DNA of 20,000 nucleotides from Perkinsus olseni (Eukaryota): NCBI GenBank assembly GCA_013115125.1, contig JABANN010000003.1, positions 169,693 to 189,692 of the forward strand, read 5' to 3'. Shown piece by piece: positions 10,121 to 20,000 of this stretch (position 1 is its first letter; each line of letters starts with the position of its first letter). The notes under the pieces were generated by a model. It saw only the letters and a program-made list of their open reading frames with translations, ran no database searches and was not told where the DNA came from. The position numbers and the translations under genes were made by a program.

Positions 10121-12430
10121 TTAAACATCAGGGGACCACTCTTCGCTCGCCCCGGAGATGCTGTAATCATCCATGCCAGTTCCTTCAGGAATCTACGGGC
10201 ATGCGAAGAAACACTACTAAGAGGACTACGATCTGTACTGCGAATTACATTCAACTCTGCTAGCAGCTGCCGTTTCTGCTTGTCCTTCTCCAGCCTGACG
10301 AAAACACACCCACATGGCTCACACCGTTGTGAGCATCAGAGGCAGACGAGATCATATAAAAGCCTCAACATGAAAGACCCACACAAAAACCTCTGTTGAG
10401 CCCGAGCATGGCTTTCACAGACACTCATGTCTCGAAGATATCGATTCCTACTTTCTAGCTTCCTCCTGTAACCTTCGGAATTCTTCCGTTACGTATGGGA
10501 CCTGAGGTGAAGGGAGTACTCGGTAAGACGTAGCAAGTTGGACGATAGCATCATCCAACCGTGATCGACGGTATCGTCCCGATACCAAGCTGATCCAGTA
10601 GGATGCGCCAATAGTGAAGGAATCCGCAGCGTGGAGCGCGGATTCCCGGGTATGATGAGGCTTGCACAAAGGGAGGAGCCCCACGAAGTACTACGGTATA
10701 TTACGTGATATGCACAAGTCGGGTTTCGAATCAGATTGAGTAGCGGGTTCTTTGCCATGGCCTCGTCTTTCTCACGAGTAACCGTTTCCTGGGTAGATCC
10801 TTCACCATCATCCTCTGCAAGAAAACGAATCATTCTTTAATCGCGAATCTGGCGATACAGGACGACTCGAAAATGCAAATCTCAGCCAAGGACGTATGTG
10901 CTACTCTACACTGAGCGCTACAAATAATCGATTCGAGCGAGGAGTGAACGGAGTGCTGGTTAATTCACCTCCATCAGTTGGTTTCTTGACGGTAGGGTTG
11001 ACATTCTCAGTAATCTTCCGAGTAGAGTACCTTGGGTGAACACGGTATCCCCGAGACCGGATCGGGTCTCCCAACGCCGCTAATATAACTCACTCTAGAA
11101 TATCTTTCATTGTTGCTCGTCCTGGTTGGTCCGTCTGCGTTTTGTCACTGGCGAGTTCAGCGTCCTGCTGCATTTTCAGAACTCGTTCATCGTCCCAATT
11201 CTCCCAAAATTGAAGTCCTGCCAGACAAACGGATGGGGCAGCATCCGCCAGTTATCGGCTTGTTTCGACAGAAACAGCTTGTAGTTACATACGCCCGACC
11301 CTAGTGCGAATAACCCGCGTCGATACCTCGCAGGCCAGTTCCTCAAGGCGGATAAGTGAGCTAGTTCTACCAAGGGGATGCATCACTCGGTGTCACTCAC
11401 CGAGAAGTTTCTTTCGGACAAGTTCCTGCAAGTGGAAAGCCGGAAACGTGATGTTCGGGAAGGTGTCGGCCAGTTCAGCGAAATCGTCGAAGTGCCTTAC
11501 CAGGGAAGGAACGGACTGTGAAAGCGGCAACATTTTTCGCAAGCCTACTTACAGACGCTCCCAGTGGCCGTCGCGAAAGAGACCCAGCGCCCGCTTGTTA
11601 TTCAAGGGGAATACTGGGGCACTATCGACACCAGGCGGACGGTACGCGAAGAACTCTTTAAGCTCGCTCTTTGAGACCTAGGAGATCAGGGAGTCTGTGA
11701 GTGGCGTAGCAAGCACTCTTTTGACCAAGGTATAAGCGTTAGGTAAAAGATACGCTACTTAGGCATGAAAACAAGAGCGCTTCGGGTGAGTCAATTCATA
11801 GAGCGTTGATGACTCCCTCAAGCAAACCATCCCGCTTACGTATCCATTGCGGTCCGAGTCAACAACAATAAAAAAGAACTGAAGCACTTCTTCTCTGGAG
11901 AGGGCGCAGAAGCTCGTGAAGGAGACGATGAAGTCGTCGAAGGAAAGATTTCCTGAAGTCAAGGCAGCGAGCTTCACCTGGAATGTCAGAGTCAAAAAGG
12001 CGAGTATCTTCCACGAATCTCACCGTCGTTGCCTCTGTCCGCAAAATAAAACAAGGAGTGGATGAGAGGTGCCACTGTTGAGTTGGTCTGCTCTTTGACT
12101 AGTATGAAGCACTCAGCGAGTGTCCAGAACCCGTTACCTGACCAATCGCCACACACTGCGTTCGTTTCCGCGATTCACGTCAAGTCGAACGATCGTGATC
12201 CTTACGATCCCTGTCGATGGTGGTGAAAACCTCCCAAAGCTTTTCCATCTCCGCTTTCCTGATGCGATAATGCGACAAAATTTGTTTGGAGCGGTGCTCT
12301 ATAGGAGGAAGAGGCAGCCTCTGGCCCATCGCATATGTTGGATAACAGAGAAACTACAACTGCTGCGGATCTCATGAAACTCTGCGATCAGGATGGACGC
12401 CCGTTGAAATTCGGCGACGACCGGCCCCAT
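10121..12430 (-). CDS. EF-hand calcium-binding protein (calcineurin B/calmodulin-like fold) with C-terminal extension, ~11 exons
   Basis: Spliced: MGQRLPLPPIEHRSKQILSHYRIRKAEMEKLWEVFTTIDRDRNGFWTLAE...FADRGNDGNLSFDDFIVSFTSFCALSREEVLQFFFIVVDSDRNGYVSKSELKEFF...HFDDFAELADTFPNITFPAFHLQELVRKKLLGLQFWENW...NPLLNLIRNPTCAYHVPY...RKLEKDKQKRQLL...SPDV*. There are three recognisable EF loops. The start is either 12329 (MGQ) or 12430 (MGPVVAEFQR, via GC-AG intron 12400-12354). The stop is 10121, or 10448 if the last two exons are not used. Confidence 0.8.
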
Positions 12431-12678
12431 CACATCTTGCCTCTCTTGAGCGAACTTGAATTTCCTCAAGACTTTAATGGCAAATTAGGGTTGGAGTGCG
12501 ATGTCGGTGCAGAGTGTTTCTCTTAGGGATAAAATCTGCGTAGCCTCGCCCGGAGTTAGTGAACCACCTTTACACCCGCTGCTTCGCTTGGATCGCACAT
12601 CTCACTCATCAGCCAGATCTCATGAGTTACTCAGGATGAGCATGTGCAATTGAAATTCGAAAGGTTACTTTGGTTCTC

Positions 12679-15077
12679 ATGTCGGATGCCTCTCGATCGC
12701 GAGTGGCTATGGGAGGGCGGAAGGTGAAAGCGATGGACGATATGCTGGAGGAACTGAAGGAGAAACACAAACGCCAGGTAGTCGGCAGGCGATTTGAAAC
12801 CTCACTGGGGGAGAGACCCCGAGTGTTCTCTGGAAGGGTACCCTGAGTTCATGATTCTGTGGTCTAACTCAGCAGTTGCGAGACCACCTTCGTCATATCT
12901 TCCCGACTTCCATTGTTTTCTGAGCCTTGATGACGTCAGGCTGCTCGCCGTGCTGAAGCAAAGCAGCTTGCAGCGAATGCTGAGAGGGTCAATGTTAAAG
13001 TGCCTCATGAGGTAGACCCTGAGACTGGAGAAGACAATTTAATGATGTATGCTCGACTCGGTGTTGCCCTCGCTCGCCAACTTTATGGACAGGTATATTG
13101 ATAAGATTAGCAAGTATGTTGCGAGGCACGGCAGAGAGTTTGAAAAGTGATATTCAGGGAACACAACGGTTGGACATTGGAGCTGCTTTAGGTATCTTGA
13201 GACTCTTGCCAATGAGGGCGACAAGCGACTACAGTTCCTATTGCAACCGCTTGACTCACTAGCTAGTGTCTACTACCGGTGGCGAGTGTGCGCCTATCTC
13301 AATGGTGACACACAGGTAGTAGAAATCGGCAAAGGAAATCATTTGTAGCCCTCGGTCCATCATAGACGCAATATTCGACGACGCCTTTTATGATTTACGG
13401 GCAAGGACACTTATGGGTACCTCCTGGCCGCTCCGAGACAAAGGGTGATGAGAATTCGGAGAACACTGTCAAAACAAACGAGAAGTAGGAGAGAACTGAA
13501 CGCCTGTTGAAGCTCCTGTCCGCTGATCCTTTCAGATTTGAATCTACTGTCCTATCGGAGGAAGATCGTACGTACTTGCTGAGGCACCTCTTGCCGAATC
13601 TCAGCACCAAGCGGGGGAGCATCCGAGATGCTATGGTCTGGTGTATTGACAGATCGAGGGCTGCCGACGATTTAATATCCCAGCTTTATCCGAGTGAGTT
13701 GATCTAGAACTGGCTCGTACCCTAGCTCAGAACTAGTGGGACCCCTTGTCTATCATCCTTTGCCCTCTAGTGCATTATTGGATTTCGTTTTCGCCCGCCC
13801 AATCAGTATAGATCGCCCAATAATTCTTCGTATCAGATATCTCTCAAGGCTCTGCAACAGCGCTGTCCGAAACACCGCTACGATCCGTCGCATCGGCCTA
13901 TCTCATTAATGATTTGCTGCACAATGCAGGAGCGTCTACCGCGAAAGCTGGCTGGCAGTTTAGATCTGCTCTCGAGAAGATGCTGCCTCCCCTAGCAGCT
14001 CAGATTGCGGAAGGAGGGGTAGGGCTCGGGAATAGGGCTTCGATTAGTGGCTAAGAGTAGATGGCAATTTCTGGGGTCTTCCACGTCCTCAGATCTTCGC
14101 CAGTGTGAGTTGCGTGACACCCTGTGGAAGTTCTTATTTGCTCTTGTGCTGTTCGAGAAGACACCCGAGCTAGTCGAAGCGTGGCGGAGCTGTGCGGCGT
14201 CGTGGATATCAAGGGAGCTTTTCGACCATCACTTCGTCCGAGGCGTTTTATTGGAGCTTGACGGGCCGCCTAAAGAAGAGGATGAGGAAGTGATTCTCAC
14301 GGAGAAGGACAACGACCAGATTACGGAGTGGAGAGAGTACGACGATTCCCAGCTTGACAAGGTAGTAGCGGAAGATAAATGTATTTCCTATAGAGCTGAA
14401 GCCGTACTTTTTGCTCTGGGTAGGTTTGTGAGACGCACGGGATCTCGGTCCTGAAGCGGAACAAGGATGATAAGTTACTTCAACTGACACGGTGGCTCAC
14501 GAAGGTTGCCGGAGACAGACAAGAGCTGGACGGTTTGGACGTTTCTGACGACGATATCTCGGAACTCAGTCACGAGGACGAGGAGATGTCGGACGGGGAA
14601 CCGTTAGAGGAGGATGATTCCGAGGCTGTGCCTGACAGCTGGGAGACTCTTGATGACAATCCTGATGAGGACGACGTTGACGGCGAGCCTGTTGAGAGCG
14701 CTGAACCAGCGTCTGCGCTCAGCTTTGGTGTTTCAGCCCCTACGATGGGCCCGAAAATTACAGCGGAGCGAAAGCCGGCCTCCACGGTAGCTACCGTCAA
14801 CAACGACCGGGTTCAGGTGGTTGCTGACATATCAAGTTTGATGGTTGAGCTACCAACTCCCAAAGTAGCGCCTGCGAAGCGCCGTGAACGCAGTTGGAGT
14901 GAAAGTCGCCGCAGGAGAGGCCGGAGTCGTAGTGACAGCCGCGACAGAAGACGATCTCGAAGGAGATCAAGATCTCGGGAGAGGAGTCGTCGGCGCCATA
15001 GGTCGAAGCCGAATGTTACGCGTAGCACTAGTCGTGACAGGGCGCGTCATCGAGAACGAGGTCGTCGCCGCGACTGA
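12679..15077 (+). CDS. U2SURP: U2 snRNP-associated SURP-motif protein (U2SURP/SR140/RRC1-like): SURP + CID + acidic DGEP motifs + RS tail, no RRM
   Basis: N-terminal MDDMLEELKEKH motif. SURP: YIDKISKYVARHGREFEKYL...LQFLLQPLDSLASVYYRWRV...GDTQTQYSTTPFMIY...WVPP (13093-13425). CID: LSEEDRTYLLRHLLPNLSTKRGSIRDAMVWCIDRSRAADDL...YLINDLLHNAGA...WQFRSALEKMLP. Also DVDGEP/SDGEPL motifs and an RS-rich C-terminus (~14878-15074). Confidence 0.85.
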
Positions 15078-15226
15078 TATTTTGCACAGTTTGTGATAAT
15101 TTAAACGATTTCCCCGCCCCTTATCATGTCGAGTTGAGAAGTGATCGTGCCGAGAGAGCGGCGTCTGTTATCGATGGTAACCCGACATCAGCATTCAACT
15201 CAACAGTATCGTTCAAAAAAGGATAA

Positions 15227-16508
15227 TCAAGTGCTATGCACGGAGGCGGTGTCCTCTGGATCTTCTGTGATCACAGGGAGACTGCCTGGACTCGGACCAC
15301 CGGACACACGCGCTAGGGCTTGCTGTCTGATTTCTAGAGGTGGCAATGCGGTCGGTTGCCCGAACCTGTTAGATCCACACGGAAACCTAACCCCATTTCG
15401 TGGTGACTTACGCAGCAGCGGCCCATAAGAGTTGATTGGCGGCTGCACCCTTGACACTGTTCAGCTGCCGCATTTCACACACATATTGCCACGAGAAGTA
15501 CGAGGCAGTGAAGCTCACCTACAGCAAACAGATGCGATGGCGGGTAGATGCCCGCGTACCGCTGGACTGAGTACGAGCAGCGAGTTAGCCAGCGTGAGGG
15601 GGAAGGGGTTGGGCATGAAGAGCACGGACAGTAGCTGCAGGGCCTGGGCTGAGCCCTGGAGGAAGGCGAAGACTACATACGTCTTGAGCCGATCAGGGTC
15701 TGAATGAGAGTGTCGCGTCATTCCGGCCGATTGTTCACAGACATACTCCTGTCGGGCAATGCATTGACAACGCCGAGGAGGCCAAGCATGCCATTATATA
15801 TCCCGCTGTAGAGATCCATCGTGTAGGCTTGGGCCAGGCCTACCCCCACATGCGCCGCCGTCAACGATTGCACCGCTCTCCTGAAGTCACAGCCAATGCT
15901 CAATCATTTGCCCGTTATATCCTAGCGCTCCTCACAGGAGGAACCATGCCCGTGAGTTATCTCTCTGCGTTGGCTCAACCTCACATTCAGGCGCTACTGA
16001 GGTTTGAGCTACAGGCGCCGGCATGGTTCTGAGCATGCTCGGGGGAGGAGGCGGCGCCATGGCCATCACCGCACCTGATGATGACGCTCTCATAGGGACC
16101 CCACAACAGGAGGCTCCGTCCAGCAGGTTCAAGGACGGACCATACGGGCTCAGCGAGCGGTTTGCCCTAGGGCTCTAATGCTCTGTCAGAAAAGCTTTAT
16201 TCCAAGGTGGCGTCGAAGGGGATCGGCCTGCCCAGCTTTGACATCGTTGAGCCTTGATCACCACTCCCCGACTAACCTGCAGGAGTCGCCATACGAGTCA
16301 CCGAGAGCAACCCCTGTAACATCATCATCGCGGACGTAGCGAGATCTGCGAACCCCTCGATCTCCTCTCCCTTGTCGCGTTCCTGCTGGAAGGTTGTTGA
16401 CGTCGATACTGGTATGAATGTGAGGAAGTCGCAGGTGTTCTTTGGTCGAGATCGGCAGCTGTCCGACACTCCTCGCGAGAGGGGAGCCACGTCGAGAAAA
16501 TCAAACAT
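15227..16508 (-). CDS. Hypothetical membrane protein (~4 hydrophobic segments), 6 predicted exons
   Basis: Five GT-AG introns join the ORF fragments in frame: ...RMATPAG|AVMAMAPPPPP...RAWFLL|RAVQSLTAAHVGVGLAQAYTMDLYSGIYNGMLGLLGVVNALPDRN|PDRLKTYVVFAFLQGSAQALQLLSVLFMPNPFPLTLANSLLVLSPA|VSFTASYFSWQYVCEMRQ...AAA|FGQPT...VHST*. The 5' exon (16508-16277, 202-nt intron) is less certain; an alternative start lies at 16093. Confidence 0.7.
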
Positions 16509-16739
16509 GATTCGTATTGAGACTGGACCGACTCGGTAACACCGAGCTTGGCGAGTCGCCGCGGAAGCCGGCTTGACAAACTACAACCCAAGACCGAATG
16601 AGTGGAGAAAAAATCGTTTGCTTTTCCAAACATGTTTGGAATATTAAGTGTCTGCGAATAGGTGTTTCAGCGGAAGCCGTGGCTCGAAAAGCCTAAGATC
16701 TTTCTTTCAAAGCCAAATTTCCAGCCAGCCCTCTGTAAG

Positions 16740-19700
16740 TTAGCCCTCCTCAAGACTGAGCAAAAGGTGCGTGTGGCTGCCAGAGAATTGGAGCCTGTCC
16801 ACATAATCAGGCAGGGGTTCGACCAAATCGTGAACCTTCGACGTGACATTCTCGAAGCCGAATGAAGACACTTCAACCCTGGGCTTCTCTCCGAGAGCGA
16901 ATTCCTGGGGATCCCAGTCGACCTCGACGCGCCACTCAATGCTGTCGTGCTCGCCCCCTTGGTCGAAGTTCAGCCAATGGCAGTTGCAGTCAGCTCTCAC
17001 TGGAGGAAGCCTCCCTCTCAAAGAGGGGAACCCGACCAGGCCTTCATGGGGCACTGTCATCACCATGTGCTGCGAGTTCTTCGCGGTAGCAATAATTGTA
17101 GTTCGCACAACTCCTGTATCCAACTTGACAGGCCTCTCTGCACGTACCACAAAGTCGCTCCAGTTGCCGTGATGCTCAACTTTGACTCGTCTCAGATCCT
17201 TAACTACAGATTGTAGCGGGAAATAGTAGGGCGCCCCGTTACCGTAAACAGCCTCCGTATTCTTGACATCCCACAGCTGTTTCGATGATTTGAAGATATC
17301 GCCTGCAAGTGGTTCGAAATGGTTGACATCGTACGGACACATGTATAGGAAGGACTCATTAGAGTCCACGTGATTAACATGAAAAGTGAACATCCGTTTG
17401 GGCCTGTCGGGGCTGTAGGGGAAAAGATAGTTTCCGCCGAGCACGACGGTGGCCGCCACTGCCATCAAGAACCCCGCGAGCAGCGCCCGCTCGATCTGTA
17501 ACGTTCCACCGATCCTACGAGCGAGAGCAAATGGTATGTCGCCCATTGCAGAGATACAGAGAATGATAGGTGAAAACACGACGAGGCCAACCACGATTTC
17601 TGGCGGGACCATAGTACCACTGCGAGCTCCGAGGGGCACCTGGCAAGCAGGTCACTATCGTTGTCGCGCGGGCGGATTCTCACCAAGAGATCGAAGGCAG
17701 CAGGCATGAGCTGGAGTGTGACTATAATCGGAATGGTGTATCCTGCTACGAAAGACATAAAATGGCGCCCTGTGTAGACGTATCTGAAGGGAAACAGGTA
17801 GTGCCAGTCGACTCCGCCAAGGCATCTTACATCAGCGGTAAGGTGCACCATAGAAATGACAGATAACTCGATGTTGGCACCAACAAGGTATGGCCCAAAC
17901 AAATAATGGCCGCCACAAGACGGCATGTCCAGAATATATCCCCAGGAGAACTCTGAGAAGGAAGTACAACAACGCCTGAGGAAGCGGCGACTTCCACTAC
18001 CTCGTCGCTCTTCCCGGCGATACGACGTTTCGCGAAGAAATATCCGGCTACCGCTGGAAACAGAAACAAGGGGACTGTCAGCCAAGTGTGGTTCTGGTAG
18101 GCTAGTCTGTATCCCTTTGGGACGAGGAACATAGCTATCGCGCCGTAGCCTAGTGCTCCGCAAAGCTCCGCGAAGAAGAATGCTCCGATGAGCCATGGTC
18201 TCGGCGAGAGCTGAAAGTAACCATTTCTCAACCCCGTGGTTATGCAGGCAGTTTCTCACCGTCAAATTTGATAAGGACAGCATTAGAACAACAAGGGCAG
18301 AAGTGATGTGCAGGGCCCATGCCATTCTTGTCGAGTACACGACGAACCATTTGCCGAGTAGATCGAAGTACACACCAGGTGGTTGAGCATCCACAGGTTT
18401 CTCAACTCCTTCGCTCGTCATAAGTGCCAACAAATCAAGAACCGTTTGCCCGTATCTCTGCATCGACTGAACGGAGGCGTGAGCAAAGTCGTCGATACCA
18501 GTGTGATAGACATATTGATTTCCGATGGTGGCAAAGTCTAGGCCGGGAACTAAAAGTCCTTGCTTCTCCAAAATAAAGTCGCGGTATACACGATAGTCTG
18601 TGTCTCCCGGTACAACCCCCGCCTGGAAGACACTATGAATGAAGCTGCTCCCGACAGGCCGCTTCGCAGCTCTCTTGTATTGGGATACGAGCGCGTGGCT
18701 ACCCACCTGATCAAGAGGCAGGCCTCCGGCCACAACCATGCGAAACCACCTTACTTGAAACAGGACCTCACGTCCATGACCCCCGTTGCACTCTAGGTTG
18801 ACAATCGCACATACATCGCGCGCCCACTTTCCGCTCCTGGCGAAGCCGTGAGCCGCGTGCATCAAGGTTTCCTCAGCCCCGTTAAAGTTGACGATGAGGT
18901 CGATTTCGCTGTCGGACATCAGGTTCCTCGCTTTGAATACCCGCATGACTTCAATAAGCAGGCCGACTTGCATAACGTCGTCGCTTATTCCTGGAGCGGC
19001 TACGGCAGAGTCGTAGTGTGCGCCAGCTAGAACTGCACATCGACGACCTTTAGTTCGCTCCTTCTTCGAGTTCAACCGAAAGGCGATATTCGTAATATTT
19101 CGATAATTGCCAATGACACCGCCGAGGAAGGACATATAGAAGGAGCCGTTCGAGTGGGAGTGATCGACTTGTATATCTTCTTTGGAAAATCCTATGCTCT
19201 CCACCTCATTCAGAATAGCCTTAGGCGCGCAGACTTCGGCTGCGTAGGTCCCAGATACGCGGTTCTGAAAGGTTAGATTTTCCTTCACCAACTACGGTAC
19301 AAGTGCATCGCACTCGAGCTACAAAAGAACGCCTCGATTTCAACAACTCATCCCGCGAAGTCGCACTTGTTCCACGCAGTCGCGCTTCACGAAGCTTGAT
19401 TGAAGCGACCTAACCTACCCCACACGCTTCCAGTTCCTTGACAACATTCACTGCACGCTGGGCAGAGAATTCCGTCTCAGGAAGCTCCGTGTTCTCGAAC
19501 TCCTCTCCACCGATGGCAACCCAGTGTGCCTGAATGAGCGCCCCTTTGGGTTCAGCGCGACTTCCCTCGGCCGATCGATACCGGACGACTGCGACTATTT
19601 CTGTGGATGAAACCAAATCGAAAGTTCACGTAGAAAAAATGAGACCATCGTCACGATGAGGGACGGCGAGTGTCCATTCTTACTCCCACAACAAGAGCGA

Positions 19701-19855
19701 TGAGGAGGCAGCAGTAGGAAACGAACCAAGAACCTACAACATGCATTGACCCTGATTGATATTCTGTTGGACTTACCCGGGAATCTTGGTCCGCCGTGCT
19801 TGATGCTTTTGATAGTCACCACACGATGGTTCTTTTCGCTACGATCCGACGGCAT
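16740..19855 (-). CDS. ERMP1: ER metallopeptidase 1-like M28 family multi-pass membrane peptidase
   Basis: N-terminal TM segment (WFVSYCCLLIALVVG), then EFSAQRA...CG|NRVSGT. M28 zinc motifs GAHYDS, GISDD, NGAEE, NLECNG and YHT..DD, plus PGDTDYRVY, PGLDFA and VYFDLLG. Several TM helices follow, then FPYSPDRPKR and C-terminal DCNCHW. The ATG at 19855 is joined by introns in consistent phase; stop at 16740. Confidence 0.92.
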
Positions 19856-20000
19856 CAAGGTAACAAATCACTGACACAAGTCATATAAGGGAGTTTGTTA
19901 TGGAAAGATGCTGAAGTGCGCAAGATCTGATGATAGCTGTTGTCTTCCTATCGATCGCACGATCTGTTTACCCCGCCCTTAAGGGGAATGAGTGTCTGTG

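Noticed and set aside
10396-10414. Minus-strand AGCCATGCTCGGGCTCAAC, loosely resembling the Perkinsus/dinoflagellate spliced leader (recalled as ACCGTAGCCATYTTGGCTCAAG)
   Set aside because: It needs indels and mismatches, lacks the 5' CCGT and the AG|GT donor, and lies in an intron near a gene's 3' end, so it is probably chance.
11052-11069. Small hairpin gagacc-ggatcg-ggtctc in an EF-hand gene intron
   Set aside because: A single 6-bp stem is expected by chance in 20 kb.
14813-15096. Alternative-frame and antisense ORFs over the RS region
   Set aside because: Shadow ORFs of the low-complexity Arg/Ser coding sequence.
17465-19291. 608-aa ORF taken as a complete protein
   Set aside because: It reads through introns and goes out of frame after ~18260. 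The real ERMP1-like CDS is multi-exon, 19855-16740.

Overview
Gene-dense eukaryotic DNA with many short (mostly 40-65 nt) GT-AG introns and some probable GC-AG introns. This style and the GK-rich tail suggest a Perkinsus-like alveolate, which is an inference and not verified. Splicing by hand gives seven protein-coding genes: (1) a ~5.2 kb minus-strand gene (372-5550) encoding about six clear and one degenerate tandem PHAX-type RNA-binding domain plus a GK-rich tail; (2) an SLC25 mitochondrial carrier; (3) a single-RRM protein; (4) a multi-EF-hand protein; (5) a U2SURP/SR140-like splicing factor (SURP-CID-RS) that appears to lack its RRM; (6) a small multi-pass membrane protein of unknown function; (7) an ERMP1-like M28 membrane metallopeptidase. 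The standout is the poly-PHAX-RBD gene. Canonical PHAX has one such domain. Here five repeats share an intron at the same codon position and phase, which points to internal genomic duplication. I found no tRNA, rRNA, CRISPR array or convincing mobile element. Exon boundaries are manual predictions, and family assignments rest on motifs recalled from memory, not on database searches.
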